From: Chiloscyllium plagiosum
Taxonomy: Eukaryota
Assembly: GCF_004010195.1 (NCBI RefSeq)
Contig: NC_057720.1
Span: 2,113,544 to 2,133,543 of the forward strand
DNA: 20,000 nucleotides
Reading direction: 5' to 3'
Shown: positions 9,681 to 20,000 of the stretch, piece by piece
Numbering within the stretch: the first letter of the stretch is position 1
How the letters are laid out: each line of letters begins with the position of its first letter
Notes under the pieces: model-generated
Database searches by the model: none
What the model was told of the DNA's origin: nothing
Seen by the model: the letters and a program-made list of their open reading frames with translations, nothing else
Translations under genes and position numbers: made by a program

Positions 9681-10883
9681 AAACTAACCTAGTCCTGTTT
9701 GCCCACATTTAACCCATACCCCTTTAAACCTTTCCTATTCATGTATCTGTCCAAATGTCTTTTAAATGTTGTTACCGTATTTGCATCTACCACTTCCTCC
9801 AGCAGTTTATTCCATACATGACCACCCTCTGTATGAAAGTGTTGCCCCTCAGGTCTCTTGCAAATTTTAGAACATTAGAACATTACAGCGTAGTACAGGC
9901 CCTTCGGCCCTCGATGTTGCGCCAACCTGTCATACCAATCTGAAGCCCATATAACCTACATTATTCCATGTATGTCCTTATGCCTGTCCATTGACGACTT
10001 AAATGTACTTAAAGTTGGCAAATCTACTACTGTTGCAGGCAAAGCATTCCATACCCTTACTACTCTCTGAGTAAAGAAACTACCTCTGACATCTGTCTTA
10101 TACCTATCTCCCCTCATTTTAAAGTTGTGTCCCCTCGTGTTTGCCGTCACCATACTTGGAAAAGGCTCTCCCTATCCACCCTATCTAACCCTCTGATTAT
10201 CTTATTTGTCTCTATTAAGTCACCTCTCAACCTTCTTCTCTCTAACGAAAACAGCCTCAAGTCCCTCAGCCTTTCCTTGTAAGACCTTCCCTCCATACCA
10301 GGCAACATCCTAGTAAATCTCTTCTGCACTCTTTCCAAAACTTCCACATCCTCCTCATAATGCGGTGACCAGAACTGTACACAATATTCCAAGTGCGGCC
10401 GCACCAGAGTTTTGTACAGCTGCAACATATCCTCATGGTTCCGGAACTCGATCCCTCTATTAATAAAAGCTAAAACACTATGTCTTCTTAACAACCCTGT
10501 CAACCTGAGTGGCACCTTTTAAGGATCTGTGTACATGGACACCGAGATCTCTCTGCTCATATACACTACCAAGAATCTTACCACTAGGCCAGTACTTTGC
10601 ATTCCGATTACTCCGACCAAAATGAATCACCTCACACTTGTCCACATTAAACTCCATTTGCCACCTCTCAGCGCAGCTCTGCAGCTTATCTATGTCTCTT
10701 TGTCACTATCCACAACTCCACCGACCTTAGTGTCGTCTGCAAATTTACTGACCCACCCTTCTATGCCCTCATCCAAGTCGTTTATAAAAATGACAAACAG
10801 CAGTGGTCCCAAAACCGACCCTTGCGGTACACCACTAGCAACTGGACTCCAGGATGAACATTTCCCATCAACTACAACCCTCT

Positions 10884-11133
10884 AGACAATAGACAATAGG
10901 TGCAGGAGTAGGCCATTCAGCCCTTCGAGCCTGCACCGCCATTCAATATAATCATGGCTGATCATTCCTAATCAGTATCCTGTTCCTGCCTTATCTCCAT
11001 AACCCTTAATTCCACTATCTTTGAGAGCTCTATACAACTCCTTCTTAAATGAATGCAGAGAGTGCGCATCCACTGCCCTCTGGGGCACAGCATTCCACAC
11101 AGCCACCACTCTCTGAGTGAAGAAGTTTCTCCT
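10884..11133 (-). mobile_element. CR1 'E' 3' end nested in D, running into the assembly gap
   Basis: (AGACAAT)2 tail, and ORF end RRNFFTQRVVAVWNAVPQRAV...GIKGYGDKAGTGY*. Confidence 0.88.
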
Positions 11134-11339
11134 NNNNNNNNNNNNNNNNNNNNNNNNNNNNNNNNNNNNNNNNNNNNNNNNNNNNNNNNNNNNNNNNNNN
11201 NNNNNNNNNNNNNNNNNNNNNNNNNNNNNNNNNNNNNNNNNNNNNNNNNNNNNNNNNNNNNNNNNNNNNNNNNNNNNNNNNNNNNNNNNNNNNNNNNNNN
11301 NNNNNNNNNNNNNNNNNNNNNNNNNNNNNNNNNNNNNNN
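11134..11339. other. Assembly gap (206 N)
   Basis: Run of N bases. Confidence 0.99.
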
Positions 11340-11918
11340 TACCCTTCACAAAACCATGCTGACTATCCCTAATCAAATTATTTTCTAGATGATTATAAAT
11401 CCTATCTCTTATAACCTTTTCCAACATTTTACCTACAACTGAAGTAAGGCTCATTGGTCTATAATTACCAGGGTTGTCTTTACTCCCCTTCTTGAACAGG
11501 GGAACCACATTTGCTATCCTCCAGTCTTCTGGCACTATTCCTGTAGACAATGATGATTTAAAGATCAATGCCAAAGGCTCTGCAATCTCCTCCCTGGCTT
11601 CCCAGAGGATCCTAGGATAAATCCCATCCGGCCCAGGGGACTTATCTATTTTCACACTCTGCAGGATTTCTAATACCTCTTCCTTGTGAATCTCAATCCC
11701 ACCCCAGTCTAGTAGCCTGTATCTCAGTATTCTCCTCGAGAACATTGTCGTTTTCTAGAGTGAATACTGTTGAAAAATATTCATTCAGTGCTTCCCCTAT
11801 CTCCTCTGACTCCACATGCAACTTCCCACTACTATCCTTGATTGGCCCTAATCTTACTCTCATCATTCTTTTATTCCTTAAATACCTATAGAAAGCCTTA
11901 GGGTTTACCCTGATCCTA

Positions 11919-14105
11919 GAACATAGAACAGTACAGCACAGAACAGGCCCTTCAGCCCACGATGTTGTGCTGACCATTGATCCTCATGTAAGGTAAACTA
12001 ATGTATGAACCCTCAAATTTCTGTGACCATATGCATGCCCAGCAGTCTCTTAAATGTCCCCAATAACCTCGCTTCCACAACTGCTGCTGGCAATGCATTC
12101 CATGCTCCCATAACCCTCTGCGTAAAGAACCCACCTCTGACATCCCCTCTATACTTTCCGCCAAACAGCTTAAAACTATGACCCCTCATGTTAACAATTT
12201 CTGCCCTGGGAGAAAGTCCCTGGCTATCAACTCTATCTATGCCTCTCATTATCTTGTACACTTCAAATAGGTCCCCTCTCTTCCTTCTTTTTTCCAATGA
12301 AAAAAGTCCAAGCTCAGTCAACCTCTCTTTGTAAGATAAGCCCTCCCGTCCAGGCAGTATCCTGGTAAACCTCCACTGAAACCTCTCCAAAGCATCCACA
12401 TCTTTCCTATAATAGGGCGACCAGAACTGGACACAGTATTCCAAGTGCGGTCTAACCAAAGTTTTATAGAGCTGCAACAAGATCTCACGACTCTTAAACT
12501 CAATACCCCTGTTAATGAAAGCCAAAACACCATATGCTTTCTTAACAACCCTGTCCATTTGGGTGGCAATTTTAAGGAATCTACGTACCTGCACACCAAG
12601 ATCCCTCTGTTCCTCCACACTGCCAAGAATCCTGTCTTTAATCCTGTACTCAACTTTCAAGTTCGACCTTCCAAAATGCATCACCTCGCATTTATCCAGG
12701 TTGAACTCCATCTGCCACCTCTCAGCCCATCTCTGCATCCTGTCAATGTCACACTGCAGCCTACAACAGCCCTCTATACTGTCAATGACACCTCCAACCT
12801 TTGTGTCATCTGCAAACTTGCTGACCCATCCTTCAATCTCCTCATCCAAGTCATTAACAAAAATTACAAAGAGTAGAGGCCCAAGAACAGAGCCGTGTGG
12901 AACACCACTCGCCACTGCTTCCAGGGAGAATACTTTCCTTCCATTACCACTCGCTATCTTCTGTCAACCAGCCAATTCTGTATCCAGACAGCTAAATTTC
13001 CCTGTATCCCATTCCTCCTGACCTCCTGAACGAGCCTACCATGGGGAACATTATCAAATGCCTTGCTGAAGTCCATATACACCACATTCATCGCTTGACC
13101 CTCATCAACTTGTCTAGTAACCTCCTCAAAGAACTCAGTAAGATTTGTGAGGCATGACCTGCCCCTCACAAAGCCGTGCTGACTGCATTTAATTAAGCTA
13201 TGCTCTTCCAGATGGTCATAAATCCTATCCCTCAGAATCCTTTCTAACACCTTGCAGACGACAGACGTGAGACTGACTGATCTGTAATTGCCAGGGATTT
13301 CCCTATTTCTTTTCTTGAAGAGAGGAATTACATTTGCCTCCCTCCAGTCCTCAGGTATGACACCAGTGGAGAGCAAGGATGCAAAGATCTTCGCAAGCGG
13401 CGAAGCAAGCACATTTCTCGCTTCCCAAAGCAGCCGAGGACAAATCTGGTCTGGCCCTGGCGACTTGTCAATCTTAATGTTTGTCGAAATTTTCAGCACA
13501 TCAGCTTCCTCTATCTCTATCCGTTCCAGCTTGCGTACCTGCTCTTCAAAGGTTTCATTCACTACAAGGTCTTTTTCTTTAGTAAAGACAGAAGCAAAAA
13601 ACTCATTTAGGGCTTCCCCTACTTCCTCAGACTCTATATACAAGTTCCCTATGCTATCCCTGATCGGCCTTACTCTTTCTTTGATCATTCTCTTATTCTT
13701 CACATCGGTGTAAAATGCCTTTGGATTCTCCCTAATCCTTCCTTCCAAGTCTTTCTCGTGCCCCCTCCTGGCTCTCCTCAGACCATTTTTGAGCTCCTTC
13801 CTCACCTGCCTGTAATCCTCTAGAACTGAGCAAGACCCTTGCTTTCTCCACCTGACATAAGCTGCCTTCTTTCTTTTGACGAGAAGCTCCTCCGCTCTCG
13901 TCATCCCAGGTTCCTTTATCTTATCCCTTCTTGCCTGTATCAGAGGAACACACTTATGCATCACTCGCAACAACTGTTCCTCAAACAGTCTCCACATGTC
14001 TATAGTGCCCTTTCCATGGAACAATTGCTCCTAGTCCATGCTTTCCAACTCACGTCTGATAGTATCATAGTTTCCTTTTCCCCAATTAAATATCCTCCCA
14101 TTGTG
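11919..14105 (-). mobile_element. CR1 'F', 2.2-kb 5'-truncated copy (RT region) nested in D
   Basis: (AGAACAT)n tail. ORFs 12954-14024 and 12013-12915 carry the RT motifs (DFSKAFD, HGSVLGP, FADD) with a break between them. CTA is duplicated at 11916-11918 and 14106-14108, and D rejoins in frame as HEKLLAD|RIRVNPKAFY. Confidence 0.93.
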
Positions 14106-15769
14106 CTATCCGCCAACAACTTCTCATGTCTCCTCCTGGCTCTTCTGAGCTCTCTCTTTAGGTCTTTCCTGGCTACCTTGTAACCCTCAAGCGTCCTAAC
14201 TGAGCCTTCACATCTCATCCTAACATAAGTCTTCTTCTTCCTCTTGACCAGAGATTCCATTTCCTTCGTAAACCACGGCTCCTGCGCTCTATAGTTTCCT
14301 CCCTGCCTGACAGGTACATACTTATCTAGGACACACAGGAGCTTTTCCTTGAATATGCTCCACATTTCTAATGTGCCTATCCCCTGCAGTTTCCTTCCCC
14401 ATCCTATGCTTCCTAAATCTTGCCTAATCGTATTGTAATTGCCTTTCCTCCAGCTGTAACTCTTGCCCAGTGGTATACACCTATCCCTTTCTATCACTAA
14501 AGTAAACATAACAGAATTGTAATCGCTATCACCAAAGTGCTCATCTACTTCCAAGTCTAACACCTGACCGGGCTCATTACCCAGTACCAAATCTAATGTG
14601 GCTTCGCCCCTTGTTGGCGTGTCTACATAGTGTGTCAGGAAGCCCTCCTGCACACACTGGACAAAAACTGACCCAACTATAGTACTCTTACTACAGTGTT
14701 CCCAGTCAATATTTGGAAAGTTGAAGTCCCCCATGACAACTACCCTGTCTCTCTCACTCCTGTCGAGAATCATCTTTGCTATCCTTTCCTCGACATCTCT
14801 GGAACTATTCAGAGGCCTACAGAAAACTCCCAACAGGGTGACCTCTCCTGTCCTGTTTCTAACCTCAGCCCATACTACCTCAGTTGACGAGTCCCCAAAC
14901 ATCCTTTCTGCAACTATAATACTTTCCTTGACCAACAATGCCACACCTCTCCTCTCTTTTTACCATCTTCTCTGTTCTTACTGAAACATCTAAATCCTGG
15001 AACCTGCAACAACCATTCCTGTCCCTGCTCTATCCATGCCTCCGAAATGGCCACAACATCGAAGTCCCAGGTACCAACCCATGCTGCAAGTTCACCCAAC
15101 TCGGTCCTGATGCTCCTGGCGTTGAAGTAGACACACTTCAAACCAACTTCTTGCTTGCTGGTGCCATCTTGCGTCCCTGAAACTTGATTTAGGACCTGCA
15201 AATATTTCTCCTCTCACATTAAAATTATGCTGTTTAGTTTTGAGCTCCCCACCCTGGGGAAAATTGCTTTTCACTCTATCTATGCCCATCATGATTTTAT
15301 AAACTTCTCTAACATTACCCTCCAACCTCCGATGCTGCAGGGAAAAAGGTCCCAGCCTATCCAGCCAGTTGTTATAACTCAAAGCCTCCAGTCCTGGTAA
15401 CATCTTTGTAAATCAATTCTGCATCCGTTCCAATTTAATAATATCCTTTAATATATTAAGCAAGGCAACCAGAAATGTATAGAATACTCTAAAAGTGGGC
15501 TCACCAATGTCCTTTAAAGCCACAACATGACATAACCAATTTTTATGCACAATGCTCTGACCAATGAAAGCAAGCCAAAGCCGCCTTCAATTGAACAATG
15601 TAGTCCAAATATTGACTTTAACATTCAGGAGAGGTCAGACAAATCATTGGTTTAACATCTCATCCATTGCATCACCTGATGTCAGATTTGTCATTCAATT
15701 TTTTAAAATACTTAACAGCTTTCTCCTCATTTAAAAGCTGTTTCGAAAGGCAATGCTGAGGCCTCACTG

Positions 15770-15955
15770 TGTTTTACAGCGTTTTAACATAATGTCCTTG
15801 CTATTGTACTCCAATAACGTGAATAACCCCAAGGAACCCATTTACTTTTTAAACAGCCTTATCCTATTTACCATTCAAGTAATTTGATTGCATGTATCAG
15901 ACATCAAAGGCTGCAATGAATGATTCTTTAAACTGGGACCCTATCTGATCTCTCC
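15770..15955 (-). mobile_element. Highly diverged CR1 ORF2 fragment
   Basis: Decayed KAxG.LGFI...IEY.S.D.ML..YK region (aacagcctt, aatgtccttgctattgtactc). Confidence 0.45.
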
Positions 15956-15972
15956 CTGGTGACCTAGCCAAC

Positions 15973-16587
15973 AGAACATAGAGCACGACAGCGCAGTACA
16001 GGCTCTTCGGCCCTCGATGTTGCGCCTCTCTGTGAAACAAATCTGAAGCCTATCTAAACCTGTACTATTCCATTCTCATCTATAAGTATCCAATGTCCAC
16101 TTAAATGCCCTTAAAGTTGGCGAGTCTACTACTGTTGCAGGCAGTGCGTTTCACGCCCCTACTACTCTCTGAGTAAAGAAGCTACCTCTGTACTATATCT
16201 ATCACCCCTCAATTTAAAGCTATGTCTCCCTGTGCTAGCCATCACCATCCGAGGAAAAAGGCTCTCACTGTCCATCCTATCTAACCCTCTGAATGTCTTA
16301 TATGTCTCAATTAAATCACCTCTCAACCTTCTTCTCTCTAATGAAAACAGCCTCACATCCCTCAGCCTTTCCTCATAAGACCTTCCCTCCATACCAGGCA
16401 ACATTCGAGTAAATCTCCTCTTAACCCTTTCCAAAGCTTCCACATCCTTCCTATAATGCAGTGACCAGAACTGCATGCAATACATCTAGTGCGGCCGCAT
16501 CAGAGTTTTGTACAGCTGCAACATGACTTCATGGTTCCGAAAATCAATCCCTCTACCAATAAAAGCTAACACACCGTATGCCTTCTT
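15973..16587 (-). mobile_element. CR1 'H' 3' portion (same subfamily as D), interrupted by the L1 insertion
   Basis: agaacatagagcacgacagcgcagtacaggc tail. ORF 16162-16485 is nearly identical to D 10147-10515. It ends abruptly at gccttctt, where the L1 poly(A) begins. Confidence 0.92.
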
Positions 16588-19500
16588 TTTTTTTATATAG
16601 ATATTTTTATTAGAGATTTAACATTTTTACAAGTTTACAAAAATAAACAAAACTCTCAAATACAAACATTGAGAAAAATTAAATCAAATATACGATAGCC
16701 AAAATTTAACAAAAGAAAAAAATACCGAAAAAGAAAAAAAAACAAAACTCAACTGTCTACTAGTCTAACCTACAACTAACCAGAGTGTATATTTAAGTCT
16801 CTTACATGTTCGGAATGTGTTAACATCAAATGTAATAAAACCCGTATTCGTGTGGGATTCCTCTCCTAAGGGGCCCCGGACCAGCCAAGTTTGTAATCTC
16901 AATTAAATAAAAGCCCTTGTTAGGATAGCCGAAATATCTGTATTTATGTAATTCAAGAAGGGCTGCCATATTTTATAAAATAATTCGGTCTTTCAGTGCA
17001 CCATATTTGTAAGGAGGTCAAGGGGAATACATTCCATAATTAATCTGTACCAATTTGAAAGTCAAGTCCTCAACCACCCAGTTCACCAAAATATTTTTCC
17101 TTGCACAGAAAGAAAGAATAGAAAATAGTCTCTTCCCGTACATGTCCAGGGAGGGAAAGTTCGAAAAGCCCAAAAGGAGAGATACAGGGTCCACTTTAAT
17201 TTCCGTTCCTAAAATTTCTGTCAGGGTACATGCTACTTTAGTCCAATATCTATGGATCTTATGACGGGTCCATAGGCAATGTACAAGAGTGCCCACCTCT
17301 ATTTTACATTTGGACACATTGGAGGTGCTCCTGCCTTAAATTTTGCCAATCGAACCGGTGCTATATGGGCCCTATGAAGTATCTTCAGCTGGATAGCCTG
17401 GGTTCTGTTACAGATAGTAATTCTTCTAGCGTTTTCCCAAATATCATTCCATGTTTCTTCAGAGATTTCTAGTCCCAAATCCTGATCCCATGTTTTAAGC
17501 AGATTATCCATATCTCCGATACTTCATCATGTAGTAAATGATAAATAGTACTGACAGAAGATACCCCCACTAGTCGTAGGACACTACATTCTCTATCTGA
17601 TTTATAAAGACTATCTAATAACGTAGTCTTCTTCTGTATATAGTCTCGAATTTGGAAGTATCGAAAGAGGTCTCCATTAGGTAATCCAAATTTCTGACAC
17701 AGCTGTTCAAAAGACATCAGGACCCCATCTTTAAATAGGTCCCCTAGACATGAGATACCCCTGGATCTCCCCTGGATCTCCAGAGTTTAAAAGTGGCATC
17801 TGTAAACCCCGGTTGGAATCCCCAGGCTCCCACTATCGGTGCATAAGGGGATGTTTTATGTGAATTACCCTCATTTTGCCGCATTATATTCCAAGCCTTA
17901 ATTGTGGTTAGTATTATAGGGTTTTTACAGTGATCTGTAATGATTTTCCTCTTGTCTGAAAATAAAAGGTTAATAAGTGGGTATTTTACTTGAGAGGCCT
18001 CGATGTCCAACCAGATTGATTGTGGATCAGACAAGACCCAATCAGCTATGTAACTTAATAGGGAACTTAACTAATATTTCCTAAAATCTGGGAAGTCCAA
18101 TCATCCCCTTGCCTGTGGAAGCTGTAGCTTCTTCAGCTTAATGAGGGGCCGTCTATGATTCCAGATAAAGGAACCCAGCCAGCCATATAATTTACGTAGA
18201 GCCATCCTCGGCAGCATCACCGGAAGCATTCTCATAGGATATAGGAGACGGGGCAGGACATTCATTTTAATTAGTGCTATTCTACCCAACCAGGAAATTG
18301 GAAGGTCTCCCAATCGCTGGAGGTCCTGCCTTATCCTTTCCAGTAAATGCACAAAATTAGCCTTATACAACTGACCAAATACTGGAGTAATAAAAATGTC
18401 TAAATATAAGAAGCCCCCCAGGGACCAACGAAAGGGAAAAAGGGATCCGTCCACTAAGTGGGGTGTCATAGCAAGGCCACCCATTGGCATAGCCTCCGAT
18501 TTTGAAAAATTAATTTTATAGCCTGAGAATGCGCTAAATGTATTAATAACTTGAATTAGGCGAGGTACGGACATCAGAGGATTACTGAGGAATAGAACAT
18601 CATCTGCATAAAGGGTAATTTTATGTTTACCTGTACCAATCCTCGGGGCTGTTATATTAGGATCAGCTCATATAGCTTCTGCTAGTGGTTCAATTATTAG
18701 CGTAAATAACAATGGCGAGAGAGGACATCCCTGACGGCAGCCCCTACCCACACTGAAGCTATCCGAACCTAATCCAATGGTAACCACAACTGCTTTGGGA
18801 TCACTATACAATGTTGAGACCCATTTGGTAAACACCTGTCCAACGCCAAACCTCTCCAATGTGTAAAACAAATATGACCATTCGACCCTATCAAATGCCT
18901 TTTCCGCGTCGAATGAAACCACTACTCCTGGTATCTTTCACTGATGACAAGCTTGAATCATATTCAGAACCCTTCTAACATTATTGGATGATCTACGGCC
19001 CTCAATAAACCCCGTCTGATCCTCCTTTATAATATGTGGCAGTATCCTTTCTAATCTCAGTGCTAACGTTTTAGAGAGGATTTTAAAATCTACATTTAGC
19101 AAGGATATTGGTCTGTATGATGTACAATCTTCTGGGTCCTTTCCTTTTTTAAGGATAAGAGAAATATTTGCCTCTTTCAGCGAAGGCGGGAGACAGCCCT
19201 GACTATATGCATAGTTATACATGTCCATAAGTGGACCAACCAGTATTTCTGTAAATTCTTTATAGAATTCAGCTTGAAAGCATTTTGAAGGTGCCTAATT
19301 GCATCAACTATTTCTTGGGGTGTAAGAGGAGCATTTAGGACCGATACTTGTTCCGGAGTTAGGTCTGGAAAAGTCAAATTTTTAAAAAATGACTGCATCC
19401 TCTTCGTCCTACCTTCACAATCCTGTGATTTATATAACTCAGAATTGAATTTTCTAAAGGTCGATTAATCTTTTTATGATCATGAGTCAAAATACCCGTA

Positions 19501-20000
19501 CTATCTTTGATAGACATAATAGTCTGAGGGGCCTTTTTTTTCTTTGCAAGAAATGCTAAGTATCTACCCGATTTGTCGCCATATTCATATAACCTTTGCT
19601 TTGCAAATAATATTTCCCTCTTAGCCGTTTGAGTAAGCGTAGTGTTTAGAGCTGTCCTAAGAGCTGTAATCCTTTGCAATTTAATAATAGAAGGTCTATC
19701 AGTGTATGCTGTTTCAACCGCTTTTAAGCAGGCTTCAAGCAGACGCTGTTGTTCTCCCTTTAATTTCTTCTGGGTCGCTGAGTAGGAGATGATCAAGCCT
19801 CGCGTGTAAGCTTTGACGGTCTCCCACATCATTGACGGGTTGCTAGCTGTACCTGAATTAATTTCTAAAAAAGTTTTAAATTCTTGAGAGAAGTACTTTA
19901 CAAATTTACTATCTTTCATTAAGAAGGGGTCCATACGCCAATGCCAAGGGGATGTCCCATTGTTCCTCGCCTTAGTTTCCATATATACAACAGCGTGGTC
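16586..20000 (-). mobile_element. L1-clade LINE, 3' 3.4 kb (disrupted ORF2 + 3' UTR + poly(A)), continuing beyond the window
   Basis: EN end DHAVVY..WRMD; RT motifs [52 protein letters not shown] (about 18597-18613) and SGYKINFSKSE; C-terminal Cys/His region C..C....GTLVHCLW; stop TAA at 16905-16903; AATAAA at 16611-16606; A-tail 16594-16586. Multiple frameshifts and stops. Confidence 0.93.

Larger units (their letters stand above)
9869..15196 (-). mobile_element. CR1 LINE 'D' with essentially full-length but disrupted ORF2 (APE endonuclease + RT), interrupted by E, a gap and F
   Basis: Segments 9869-10883, 11340-11918 and 14106-15196. Motifs LKCVYFNARSIR, DVVAISEAW, MGDFNFPNIDW, LDLVL, GDSDYN, DKSPGPDGIYP, NYRPMSLTS, SQHGF, QGSVLGP, FADD and LVRPHLEYC. 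Tail is (AGAACATT)2. Several frameshifts. Confidence 0.92.
9683..15588 (-). mobile_element. Old CR1/HER1-type 3' fragment 'G', split into 9683-9868 and 15197-15588 by a 5.3-kb nested insertion
   Basis: The frame ...HNFNVRGEIFA (ending at 15197) continues as RDLRGNTFIQRVV (from 9858 downward). Imperfect 10-bp duplication TGCAAATTTT (9859-9868) / TGCAAATATT (15197-15206). Confidence 0.85.

Noticed and set aside
10972..11745. 257-aa ORF spanning the N gap
   Set aside because: Artefact joining CR1 D and CR1 E through unknown bases.
14000..14944. Long EN/RT ORFs (also 12954-14024 and 12013-12915) as one active or domesticated retroelement gene
   Set aside because: They come from two different nested CR1 copies (D and F), each with frameshifts. 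There is no intact ORF2.

Overview
This is vertebrate genomic DNA, most likely from a shark: it carries HE1-type V-SINEs, HER1/CR1 LINEs and SacSINE1-like Deu-SINEs, and the SINE variant resembles those of carpet/bamboo sharks (inference). The + strand holds three internal coding exons of medium-chain acyl-CoA dehydrogenase (ACADM), equivalent to human exons 9, 10 and 11 (616-756, 4974-5069, 6225-6473). The donor after exon 11 is non-canonical (CAG|GCAAGT), and I did not find the last exon with the catalytic Glu in the following 13.5 kb. Most of the remaining sequence is retroelements, mainly antisense to the gene. There are two nested CR1 clusters (1034-4660 and 9683-15588) whose host elements rejoin across the inserts, three HE1-type SINEs, two Deu-domain SINE relics, two Penelope-like 3' fragments with decayed hammerhead-ribozyme cores, and the 3' 3.4 kb of an L1-clade LINE inserted into a CR1 copy. 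One 206-N assembly gap lies at 11134-11339. I found no convincing new biological system. Repeat family names come from my recall of consensus sequences, not from a database search.
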